Origin: Octopus vulgaris
Taxonomy: Eukaryota
Direction: 5' to 3'
DNA length: 64,000 nucleotides
Assembly: GCA_951406725.2 (NCBI GenBank)
Contig: OX597819.1
Coordinates: 93,372,001-93,436,000 of the forward strand
Shown here: positions 52,540 to 64,000 of the stretch, one piece after another
Layout of the letters: every line of letters begins with the position of its first letter
Numbering within the stretch: position 1 is the stretch's first letter
Translations under genes and position numbers: made by a program
The notes under the pieces: model-generated
The model's input: only the letters and a program-made list of their open reading frames with translations
Database searches by the model: none
What the model was told of the DNA's origin: nothing

Positions 52540-52805
52540 ATTCTGTTGTCTGGAGAGAGTCATTTTCTTTTTGTGCCTTATTATTTAACACACTCACCGG
52601 TAAAATTTCCACTTATTTCTTATTTTTATTTTCCTAAAATTTTCGTTGCGTCTTGCAACCTTTTCGATAAAACTATTGAAAAGGCTGCAAGACGCAACGA
52701 AAATTTTAGGAAAATAAAAATAAGAAATAAGTGGAAATTTTACCGGTGAGTGTGTTAAATAATAAGGCACAAAAAGAAAATGACTCTTCTCAGACACAAC
52801 AGAAT
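52540..52805. repeat. Foldback palindrome, ~130-bp arms, with head-to-head HHR-like motifs at the centre
   Basis: ATTCTGTTGTC...TTGCAACCTTTTCGATAA-AA-CTATTGAAAAGGCTGCAA...GACACAACAGAAT. The element extends left to about 52481. Confidence 0.9.
52673..52709 (+). ncRNA. Minimal hammerhead-like motif with U3-A8 core pair
   Basis: CUA-UUGAAAA-G-GCUGC(AAGAC)GCAAC-GAAA-A-UUU-UAG. The mirror copy 52634-52670 (minus) has the perfect stem II GUUGC/GCAAC. Confidence 0.55.
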
Positions 52806-53827
52806 AAAAATCTATTGGATCCTCGAAATACATGCGGAAAGAATGTGAGAAAGCAAACATGAATTGTATGTAGGATAGAGATTTAATCCATTGACTGGGT
52901 TAACACCTTCACTAGATCTTAAATACGATCAGCAGAATCTATTCTGTTGCAAGCATACGAGCCAAATCTATCTTGATGATAAAATTTTCCATTTCTGTTT
53001 GCAATGCATGGTAACCGCAAACAGGGTAAACGGTGCAAACATTTATACCGTGGAGTAAATGGATTTTTGCCCGTTTCGACGATGAATGTTTAGTTGTTCG
53101 AGCAACTAAACAGATATGTAAGTAGCTGAGTTTCCCACAGGCAGAATCAGGCGCGATTAGCATGACAAATCGTGTGTCAAGGTTGGCCATTTGAATTTGC
53201 ATCTGATTGATGGGCATTCACACAGTTCCCATCTACCTGGTTTCACTCATAAACAAGGCGATCCGAGGCTATTAAATGAAATTTAAAAACACACTTCCCA
53301 GGAAACCGAACCCGGAACCGCATGATTGAGAAACAAACTTCTTAACCATTCAGCTATTTTGCGTCCTTCGCTGACTAAACCAGACAAAGAATACAATCAA
53401 TGTATTTATACTCTCCCTTGAATAAAGCCACGTTATTAGAGCATGAAACCAAACATAAGACAATTAATATTTGCTTTATTAATATTTATTGAGCAATTTT
53501 GATGGCGGTTAGTATAAATAATTGAATCGGTAATTTATCAACTTAATTTATAGTTTGATCCTCAGTGTGACAAGTGCTGATTTGGTTCATGAATATTAAT
53601 TAATAGCGATGTATACTACAATAACAAGGGTATATTCCAAGAAATGTCATATCTTTAATATGGTTAAATTTTATGACCAGGCTTTATATATATTTAAAAG
53701 AGAAGCTGTACATCGTCGTAAGGTTCGACAGCAGGTGTCTTTCATATGATCATTAAATTTATATTAATATCAACACTTTAAAAGTAGACATGTTAAACCT
53801 TCTGGATATGTATGCAAGTACAAAGAC

Positions 53828-54420
53828 TGCGAGCTCGCACAGACGTTAGCACACCGGGAGAAATGCTTAGCGGTATTTCGTCTGCCGTTACGTTCTGAGT
53901 TCAAATTCCGCCGAGGTCGACTTTGCCTTTCATCCTTTCGGGGTCGATTAAATAAGTACAGTTATGCACTGGGGTCGATATGATCGGCTTAATCCGTTTG
54001 TCTGTCCTTGTTCGTCCTCTCTGTGTTTAGCCCCTTGTGGGTAGTAAAGAAATAGGTATTTCGTCTGCCGTTACGTTCTGAGTTCAAATTCCGCCGAGGT
54101 CGACTTTGCCTTTCATCATTTCGGGGTCGATTAAATAAGTACCAGTTGCACACTGGGTTGATGTAATCGACTTAATCCGTTTGTCTGTCCTTGTTTGTCC
54201 CCTCTATATTTAGCCCCTTGTGAGCAATAAAGAAATAAGAAACGTTAGCACGCCGGGTGCTAACGTCTGTCTTTACATTCTGAGTTCAAATCCCGCCGTG
54301 GTCGACTTTGCCTTTCATCCTTTCATGGTCAATAAATTAAGTACCAGTACCGTACTGGAATTGAACTAATTGACTAGCAGCCTCCCCCAAAAATTCGTGC
54401 CTTGTGCCAAGAGTAGAAAA
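53828..54420 (+). mobile_element. Trimeric/nested Meta-like SINE array
   Basis: Three bodies joined at AAAGAAATA|GGTATTTCG and AAAGAAATA|AGAAACGTTAGC. Confidence 0.85.
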
Positions 54421-55534
54421 GTATACATGCAAGAACACACACACACAGAGGCGGAGGCTTGGCTGTGTTATAACGACATAGTTCAGGGCTCAATTCCACC
54501 AGGCAGTACCAGGATCAGTACCAGGCTTTCAAAGAATAAATCCTGGGTCGATTTCTTCGATTAAAGGCGGTGCTCCAGCGTGGCCGCTGTCAAATGACTG
54601 AAACAAATAAAATAAGATATATATATATATATATATAAACACGCATTGAGTCGAAACAGGGGCAGCTGAAGAAGGGGAATATTCCTTGTATTGTTGGTCT
54701 TGTACTCTGTTTTTTCGTTTTAACAAAAGTCCGTTTCCTTGTTTGATTTTCTGTTTTCGTTTCTCATTGTGTTCTACGTTTATTTGTGGTGTCCTGTACT
54801 CATATATGCATGTATATATACATATATATGTATGTATGTATATGTTTTATTTATTAAATTATTATATATATATATATGTATATATGAATTTATAAATTAA
54901 TATATAAAATATATATATCAGCGGCAAACACGTACGTATACGAGTCGCCTAACTCTCAGCATTCTAGGTTCAAATCACACCAAGATCAAATTTGCCTGTA
55001 TATATGTGTATACACACACACACACACACACATGATTAAACTCTAGTTCCAGTTCGAATAACGAACACTCGCTGATAGTTTTGGTTTTCGTTGTTTTCTT
55101 CCTGCTTTTATTTTACCAGGTGAATGCCACGATAAGTTATTTAGTTATCTTTGTGTTTAACAGTTTGTAATTTAACTTAAAGCTAAAAGACTAAAAAGAA
55201 AACATCTAGAAGGAAGAATGCCAAAGGAAAAGCAAGTAACAGAAAAGATCTCGAAGGCTGTACGTTCAGAGGTTGACTTTTACGTCATTCGGATAGTAAC
55301 GGAACGTGACCACATCTAACTGCTTGAAACCAGTATTATAATGTTTATGTTTATAAGTACATACGTATGAATATATAATTATACATACACACACCGACGT
55401 CACGCGCGTGCGTACACCGATGAAGCTTTTGATTAGGTATTACGATATTAATAACCTGCTTTTAGAATTCAACGCACGTAAATAAAACGGTAAAGTTTCT
55501 TTCTCCAGTCGTTCCGATTCAAAAGGGCAGATTT

Positions 55535-55757
55535 TCCGGTTCCCGGTTTTCAGGTTTCCATGGCGTGTATATTCCCCTCCTGGGCAGGCCGCCGGTCCGT
55601 CGCAGGATTACTCATTTTTGCCAGCTGAGTGGACTGGAGCAATGTGAAATGAAGTGTTTTGCTCAAGAACACAAACGCTTCCCCTGGTCCAGGAATCGAA
55701 ACCACGATCTTACAGTAATGAGACCAACAACCTAACCACTAAGCCAGGCGCCTTCAC
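55535..55757 (-). mobile_element. tRNA-derived SINE
   Basis: Reverse strand GGCGCCTGGCTTAGTGGTTAG...GGTTTCGATTCC...CCTGCGACGGACCGGCGGCCTGCCCAGG (V-like segment). Confidence 0.75.
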
Positions 55758-55990
55758 AACATATGCGTCAGAATAATGCGTGGGGCATATACAGAGCATT
55801 AAACGGAATGAAATTAACGCAACAGGGATTAAGAAGAAGCTACGAGTTTATCCTCAAGCACATAGCTCTGGTATTGGGACTGCTTCATTACCTAACAGCT
55901 GTTTCTGCTATAATACCAGGGACTATAAAAATTTACAAGACCTACTTAAGATTTAAAAGATGAAGGTTTAAACAAGACATTTTCTTTCAC

Positions 55991-56058
55991 AAGTAGATGG
56001 CAGGTCAAAATTTAGTAGATGGCAGGTCAAAATTTAGTAGATGGCAGGTCAAAATTTA
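55991..56058. repeat. 22-bp tandem repeat x3
   Basis: (AGTAGATGGCAGGTCAAAATTT)3. Confidence 0.9.
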
Positions 56059-56112
56059 CTCTAAATTGAAAAGAGGAAGTCAAGAATGTGTGTGTGCGCG
56101 CGCATGTGTGTT

Positions 56113-56276
56113 GCGTAGCTGTGTGGTAAGAAGCTTGCTTCCAAACAACATGTTTCCGAGTTCAGTCCTACAGCGTTGATTCCATGTGCAAATGTCGTCT
56201 ACTCTATCCTCGCGCCGACCAAAGCCTTGGGAGTGAATTTGGGAGACAGAAACTGAAAGAAGCCCGTCGTATATAT

Positions 56277-56315
<39 letters not shown>

Positions 56316-56490
56316 TGTGTGTGTATGTATGTATGTGAATGTGTGTCATTGTGTCAGCGTTTGTCCCCCTCCCTCGCCACCATCATCGCTTGACAACCGA
56401 TATTTGCTTCCCTGTAACTTAGCGGTTCAGCAAAAGGGACCGACAGAATAAGTACTAGGCTTAAGAAATAAATACCAGGGTCTCGATTGT
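56113..56490 (+). mobile_element. CORE-like SINE
   Basis: Family head, internal (TA)n and body motifs. Confidence 0.8.
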
Positions 56491-56493
56491 TCC

Positions 56494-56524
<31 letters not shown>

Positions 56525-56688
56525 TATTTCACGTTCATGTCGAAATTTCTTAATTCCTATGACGTCAACGATGTATATTTTTGTTTTCTATTTGTGTCTT
56601 TCGTTGTTCGAAAGAATAGTTCATGTTCCAGGTACTCGTGTTTCGTATTTTTTTGTTGTACATGTTTCGTGGCGTCCTGTGCCCACAA

Positions 56689-56722
<34 letters not shown>

Positions 56723-56780
56723 GCATAGATGTACATATACGTATCTATATATGCATATATATATTATTTATATATATGTA

Positions 56781-56824
<44 letters not shown>

Positions 56825-57719
56825 CATATAAATATATATATATATATATATATAAGTATATATATGTATATATATATTATTTTATAGAAGGAACTTCTAC
56901 AGGACTAGAACTGTTTCATTCAGATGAAATCTTCATTTAGTATATATGTATATATATATGTGTGTGTGTGTACATATATATACATACATACATATTCTTG
57001 ACGTCATAAGAATATATATTTATATACATCGTGCGTATATGTAGATCAAGAAGAAGGTCGCACGAAGCCGAGTCCTCGACGCGGTTTTGATTTCCGATAG
57101 AATATTTAAGTCGTTAATAGTTGTCAAAGAAACATTGATGTTAGACGACCGTATTCAGATCTATAATAAATTTGTGAAATATGTGTTTCGACGTCGTAGA
57201 AGACAAAATCAATATCTAACACAGTTTTGATTTTCATATTTAAAGGACTAACAGAGGTGTAGACTTGAAGTATTTTATTTCAAGCGAACGCGGGGTGATT
57301 ATCATTTCAAAGTTTCGCTCGCGGCAGCTTATCAGTTCTATTTTACCATTGAGGCAAATAAGTTTTTGTTTCTTGTTAGAAAAGTTCACAGCCGGCTTAT
57401 GTGAGCTTTAACGTGAAATTTGGGATTATAAGAAGCTTTAAAATACAGGAGTAATCCCACAAAGAACTCAATACGCATGCAGAATCTAAATATATCATTC
57501 ACTGAAATGCAAGGTGACAGTACATTTCTGTCTGACGAGCTACTACTGGCGAAACTCAGAAGAGTCATGCTTGTGTGTATGGGTGAATGTATATATACAT
57601 GCAATACATAGTTATAAAAATGTATTCATATATACTTACGCTTATATATATATATGTGTGTGAGTGCGTGCGTGTGTGTGTGTGTGTTTGAGTCTGTGTG
57701 CACATGCATATGTAGATTT

Positions 57720-58086
57720 TACTCCACTCTAAACACTTTGCAACGTTTGTTTTGAAAGTAGTGGTTTTCTGATTGCAGTCCTCCCGTGAAATCCAGCTTT
57801 GTGCAGCTCCCGGCGAAGAGTTTTTGTGGAAACTGGGTTCTGGAGGTGGTCATTAAGCTCTGTAGTAATTTTGGAAGCTGTACTTTTGTGATACATTCTA
57901 ACAATCTGTGTAAGAATCTGACGGTCCCTATCTGAAAGATTTGGTTTTCTTCCGGAGTTTTGTTTCGACGAGAAGGTTTTTCCCTCTTTCTCTGTCATTA
58001 CTTTCGAGGCAGTACTTCGTTACGCTAGCGCATGCCAAACGAGTACCAACAATTTGACCTCTTTGAAAGTCCGATAGATCTGTCAT
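57720..58086 (-). pseudogene. Tc1 transposase N-terminal (paired-like HTH) pseudogene
   Basis: MTDLSDFQRGQIVG..., then after a deletion/frameshift EKEGKTFSSKQNSGRKPNLSDRDRQILTQIVR...VSTKTLRRELHKAGFHGRTAIRKPLL. No DDE domain. Confidence 0.85.
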
Positions 58087-58274
58087 TTTAATGAATTTTA
58101 ATTACCTTTTCCTGATGATATCTGAAAAGAAACAGCAATTTTAGCAAAACATATTAAGCAACACTAATAATAAATCAAAAAACATAAAAATAACAAGCTT
58201 TTGACGGTTTTATAGAGATTTCAAAATTATGATGCTATGGTGTTAGGTGTTTCCATTGTTTTGTCCAAACCCTG
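57720..58274 (-). mobile_element. Tc1 transposon 5' fragment (TIR plus DNA-binding region)
   Basis: Minus-strand terminus TA|CAGGGTTTGGACAAAACAATGGAAACACC (Tc1-type TIR after TA) upstream of a transposase remnant. Confidence 0.85.
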
Positions 58275-58574
58275 TATATATGTGCGTGTGCATGTATGTA
58301 TGTTTATATATATATATATATATATATTTATACACATATATGTGCGTGTCTATATATGCGTATGTGTGTGTATATATGTGTGTGTGTATATATATGTATT
58401 TATGTATGTATATATGTGTGTATATATATATGTATATATATATGTGTGTATATATATATATGTGTGTGTATATATATATGTGTGTGTGTATATATATATA
58501 CTCTTTTACTCTTTTATTCTTTTACTTGTTTCAGTCATTTGACTGCGGCCATGCTGGAGCACCGCCTTTAGTCG

Positions 58575-58628
<54 letters not shown>

Positions 58629-59168
58629 TGCATGTATTTATGAATGCATGCTTGCATATATATTCCGAATTTAACGGTGAATCAACTCCGCACACATTGT
58701 TTTCCAGTTCATTTCCTTTCATATCCCTACACGTTGTTAATACCTCAGGGATTAACAAAAAACAACACATGAATGTTCCAATCCTCATTCTTTTCGCACC
58801 GCTACATCTTTAAGGGTTTACGCCCAAAACATACGAGATAAGGCCCGAGAAACCACTGCAATGCAACAGCATTTTTCTCGCTTATATATTATTGTGAATC
58901 AATATTAAACGCTACGTCGAAATGCGAGTATAATGTTCTACATGAAGACAACAACAAAAACGACAGCCGCAACGACAACAACACAAATATATATTATATA
59001 TATAATATATGTGCAACAAATGTGTGTGTGTGTGTGTGTGTTTATTCGCAAAGATTTAACTATTTGCTTGCATGAGTTCATACAGCGATAAAATAGATAT
59101 AAGCCTTCATCTAAGCGTTACACCATCATTCATGAACGAACTAATATGATCACGATATATTTAAATAG

Positions 59169-59261
<93 letters not shown>

Positions 59262-59449
59262 CCCATACATATTACATACACATATATAAATTTATATATG
59301 TATGTATATATGCATATATATATACACACACGCACATATATATATATATATACATATATATATTTATTCATATATATACATTTATATATATATATAGATA
59401 TATATATATATGGGTGTGTGTGATTGTGTATAGAAGAATATATTAATAA

Positions 59450-59665
59450 AAAGAATTCCAACCTTGTCTGATTTTCACGTTTTATTTACGATCTTATAAT
59501 GATATATTATAAGATAATATATTATAATTGAATAAAATAAAATAAAATGAAATAGTAGAATGTTAAATATTCATTCTGATTGAACTAGTACTTTCATGCA
59601 TTGAATTCTGCAATCTTCGGGTTCATGTAGTAGTGTTGACAGTCATGCTTCACAATTTTTGACTG
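59450..59665 (-). mobile_element. Short PLE-like element carrying an HHR
   Basis: Same family as 44660-44830. TA-rich tracts on both sides. Confidence 0.6.
59581..59625 (-). ncRNA. Minimal hammerhead ribozyme (U4C variant)
   Basis: UGAAC-CCGAAGA-U-UGCA(GAAUUCAA)UGCA-U-GAAA-GUAC-UA-GUUCA. 5-bp stem I, palindromic AGUACU stem III, CUA triplet. Confidence 0.65.
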
Positions 59666-59822
59666 TATATATATATATACACATACAAATATATGTAAGC
59701 CCGTATCTAAGGATGTCTTTACGTATACACGATTATGCAGATACATATAAATACGTGCATTGCATACATATACATGCGTATTTGTATGTATGCATGTATG
59801 TGGAGCGTATGCCATACCGTTA

Positions 59823-59863
<41 letters not shown>

Positions 59864-59990
59864 GTATGTGTCTATCTATCTATATCTCTCTCTATATATA
59901 TATACACACACATATACATACATACAAGTGTTTGCACACATATATACATACACGCACACATAAGCCCAAATATAAATATACGTCTGTCTG

Positions 59991-60023
<33 letters not shown>

Positions 60024-60816
60024 GTATATGTATGTATGTATATGTATATATTCATACATATTCGTACTTATGTGTATACGTGGATATTTGTATGCATGCA
60101 TTTAATTTTAAATATTTAAGATAGGTCAATACAGCATGCATTTTAAATATGCTTCAAACAAACACAACGTTAGGATGTCATCCCTTTCATAGCTCACGTA
60201 TTTGCAACTGTAAGTGTACTTCCAAATTCAAACACGCATATACTCTGATACCCTTTCATGTACCCGTATGTATGTTTGACCACTTTTAAACAAATTCATA
60301 TGGATCAAGCGATTAAGTATGCATACATATTTGTGTGTGTGTGTGTGTGCGTGGGTGCATGAGTCGGAGGAGAGGCTGAATGGAGAAGGGAAGAAATGGA
60401 AGGAAACGTAAGCGATGTTTAATTCCACTCGAAGTGAACGTTTCCAATCGGAAAATCCGAATTTCGCGTGTTCCTAGAAGTGGCCGTGTGTGTGTGTGTG
60501 TGTGTGTGCTGTACAGACGGTATTAACCTCTGTACATAGGTGATGACCAATTTAGAATCGAAAAAGAAAAGGGCACCTGCTTGAGAAAGAAACGAACCAC
60601 AAACCTTATTGCTCGCTGGGCAACGGTGTTACCTATTCACAAACGAGTACTTACATTATTAAAATGCCTGAGTGGATACAGTTCACGAATATGTTTGAGA
60701 GGCAACAGCTTTTCACTTTTTGCAACATTAAATTTTATACCTCTTTATTTCTCGAATCAGAAATATATAAATATTTATCTATGTGACAACATACACAAGT
60801 TTCTTTAATTAAATAT

Positions 60817-61118
60817 GTTTGTTCCTTCTCGAGCCATGCCTGGCTCATAAGAGCCGGTTTCCCGGTTACCTTGGCGTATAGGTTCCCCACTTGAACGGGT
60901 CGCCGGTCCGTCGCAGGTGAGCTGCAAGATGCAGGAGGAAAGAGTGAGAGAAAATTGTGGCGAAAGAGTCAGCAGAATTTCGCCATTACCTTCTGCCGGA
61001 GCCACGTGGAACTTAGGTTTTTCGCTCATAAACACACACATCGCCCTGTCTCAGATTCGAACCCGCGATCCCTCGACCGCGAGTCCGCTGCTCTAACCAC
61101 AAGGCTACGTACCTCCAC
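60817..61118 (-). mobile_element. Full-length tRNA-derived SINE with 12-bp TSD
   Basis: Reverse-strand head GTGGAGGTACGTAGCCTTGTGGTTAGAGCAGCGGACTCGCGGTCG...GGTTCGAATC and V-like CCTGCGACGGACCGGCG. TSD TTAATTAAATAT at 60805-60816 and 61119-61130. Confidence 0.9.
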
Positions 61119-61444
61119 TTAATTAAATATACCAGCCACTTAATCTCGAACAATACTTTTTCACAAACCTGCAATATAACACATTAGTGCATTGTTTTTT
61201 TATTAAGTAATGGCAACGATTTTTAATGTAAAACGATCTTTGTTGTTAATTTGTTACGTAACAACGAATGAGTAGATGATATTTTACCATGCAGGACGTT
61301 TTTACAAGTAGCTCGATCCCTTAGTGCTGAGTGGCAGAACTTACCAGTAAAATAAGTGAGAAACATACGGATATTATTACAGAGCAGACAGATATTTAGA
61401 AAGAGCAGATCTGCGAAATAAGAGAATACAAATTTGATGTTTTC

Positions 61445-61860
61445 TAATTTCCTTATTGCCCACAAAGGGCTACACTTAGATGGGACAAACAAGGACAGAC
61501 AAACGGGTTAAGTCAATTATATCGACTCCAGTGCGTAACTGGTACTTATTTAATCGACCCCGAAATGATGAAAGGCAAAGTTGACCTCGGCGGATTTTGA
61601 ACTCAAAACGTAGCGGAAGACGAAATACCTATTTCTTTACTACCCACAAGTGGCTAAACACAGAGCGGACAAACAAGGACAGACATACGGATTAAGTTGA
61701 TTATATCGACCCCAGTGCGTAATTGGTCCTTAGTTTATCAACCCCGAAAGGATGAAAGGCAAAGTTGACCTCAGCGGAATTTGAACTCAGAACGTAACGG
61801 CCGACGAAATACGGCTACGCATTTCGCCCGGCGTGTTAACGTTTCTGCCAGCTCGCCGTC
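61445..61860 (-). mobile_element. Dimeric Meta-like SINE with 27-bp TSD
   Basis: TSD ATAAGAGAATACAAATTTGATGTTTTC at 61418-61444 and 61861-61887. Internal junction GAAATACC|TATTTCTTTAC. Confidence 0.9.
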
Positions 61861-62632
61861 ATAAGAGAATACAAATTTGATGTTTTCATCCTCGCAAGAG
61901 ACAGATCTGTGAACCGAATCTCCTCAATGAGTTTGATCGTTTTGCAACTTAAAATTAGTATTTTATTGATGGGATGAGAAACGCGGCAGTAAGAGAGGAG
62001 GCGGATGATGTCATATTTTTATTGCAATCGTTGAGTGCGATAATTTTCATATTTGTAAATCCAAGCGCACATACGCACATTGATATTCTCAAGCCTTCAT
62101 TTCCACCATTTTAGGTCACTTTGACACATCCAACGAAATATTTCTAGGATTTGCAATTAATTCTTTATAGTTCGCATTTCTGATCGAGATATGGGTATGT
62201 ATAATTATTAGCTACCATGTTTGTTCAATACAACAAAAAAAAACAAAAAAAAATAATGAACAATATACAACATATACACATGCATATATCAGGACATATT
62301 CAGACATATGTACACACACACACACACACACACACATATATGTACAGTTACCTAAATGTATATAGATATATAGATATATATAGATATGTATGTGCAAACG
62401 CACATTCACACACTTTTACGCTTACGCCTACATACATACAGGTTTTATGATTTTGTGCCACGTGAGTGTTATTTTTTTATATATATATAAGTGTAAAACG
62501 CTGTTTGTACAAATCTGGTGTGAGTGGTTTGTTTTGTTTAATTTTATTGTGAGTATGTAGCTCTGTAAAAATCACAATGCAGCGACTGGTTTAACTCGTA
62601 GCTACAAATACAAATATTTACCTCAAACAATA

Positions 62633-62645
62633 TAGATAGACAGAC

Positions 62646-62715
<70 letters not shown>
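62633..62715. repeat. (GATA)n microsatellite
   Basis: Directly visible. Confidence 0.95.
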
Positions 62716-63879
62716 GTGTGTGGGGGTGGATGAAGGGCAACAAGATGGAGAAGTTTAAATGTACTTTACGGTTGATACTCAGCATGAAATCCTATCGGTT
62801 GATGCCCGAGGAATCATGGGCGAGTAGGCAATTTTTGTAAGATTTTTATTCACAATAGAACAATTGGCTGTATTTGGAAAGTAACCAGCACGCATTTTGC
62901 AAAAAAATATGCAAGCCATTTCTTGCTATTGTTAGTATTATCTAAATTCCAGCAAGAATTTTCGCCTCTTGCTAGAAACCAGCTGCTTCTTCATATAAAG
63001 AATCCAAATATTGTTAAAATAAACATAGTCTTTACAAAAAGCAAAAGACAACGGACATTAAATTTGAGTTCAGCTGTAATATTTTTCGCCTGAATTCAGA
63101 GCTGGATTTAGCAGACTGATATCTATGGCCTCAGACTTTAGAAGGCCTCGGGCCAAGATATGTACTTATACGATTATTTCTGTCTATCAGCCCTTTCACG
63201 CTTATTCGTTCATTCCACTCTTCGTTCTTTTGCTCCCCCTCTCTCACATTTCTTTGCCTTCTCTTCTTGCCTACTTTCCCTCCACTTTTCACTTCACTAT
63301 GTCCCTGTCATTTTTTCTCGCCCCTCCTTAATTCTTCTGTCCCTCTGCTTCTACTTCTCTCTCTTTTCTTCCCACGTGACCGGCGTTCGGCCAAGCCTGT
63401 TCTTTCTTTCTTGGTCTGGTCGTTGTCCGTGCAACATCGATATTCTTCCCAATGTTTGTGAAAGTTTTGTATCTCTGCCGTAAGGCTTCATTTCCATACA
63501 CGCCAGCTTAATTCAATTCGTCCTTAGTCGAAAGACACCTGTTGTTATGTTCTGTTATTATTTTTATTGCATTTGTATTTGTGTAACATTGTCCGTTTAT
63601 TCCGTCTTTGTCTTTGTATACACTCGCTGCTTTCTTCCAAGGAATCTAATGCTCTTAGCTTAGTTTTTCCTTGGGGCTGGCCAGATTAGAGCATCTCAAG
63701 TATAATCAGCCGAAATTGCGAGGATAATTTGGTGCTTGACTGAGGAAAGAAAACTTCGAATGACTCGTCCTTGTTTACTTTGTATCGTCTATCTGGATGT
63801 TTTGTAGTCCCATTTATATATCACCTAGCTGCCTGGATGTTTTGCGTTCTTGTCCCATTTTGTATTTTAGAGTAAAAGA

Positions 63880-63918
<39 letters not shown>

Positions 63919-63942
63919 TATGTATGTATGTCTGTATGTGTG

Positions 63943-63995
<53 letters not shown>

Positions 63996-64000
63996 GTGTG

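Noticed and set aside
58780-58820. Minus-strand UUAAAGA...GCGAAA motif
   Set aside because: Core and stems are too degenerate to call a hammerhead.
63735-63775. CUGAGGA...GAAU...GUC motif
   Set aside because: Lacks GAAA and a stem I. It may belong to a PLE-derived repeat but cannot be supported here.

Overview
This is an AT-rich, gene-poor eukaryotic window, most likely intronic or intergenic DNA of an octopus or other coleoid cephalopod. That assignment is inferred from the repeat families and the extreme (TA)n/(CA)n/(TATG)n/(GAT)n microsatellite load. I cannot support any intact host protein-coding gene, and almost all ORFs in the track are microsatellite read-throughs. The window is a mosaic of several tRNA-derived SINE families (Meta-domain-like, CORE-like, Ceph-like, V-like), Helitron/Helentron non-autonomous elements, MITEs, and fossil Tc1, hAT (Buster/Charlie-like) and RTE fragments. 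The most striking signal, not visible in the ORF track, is about a dozen minimal type-I hammerhead-ribozyme (HHR) motifs from at least five sequence families. They sit in short Penelope-like (PLE)/retrozyme-like elements that usually abut (TA)n tracts. They show compensatory changes in stem I, in the palindromic stem III and at the 3-8 core pair. Two large foldback palindromes (49710-50167 and 52540-52805) each carry two head-to-head HHRs. A 559-nt partial tandem unit (38183-38928) carries a canonical CUGAUGA HHR and is a candidate circRNA-producing retrozyme.
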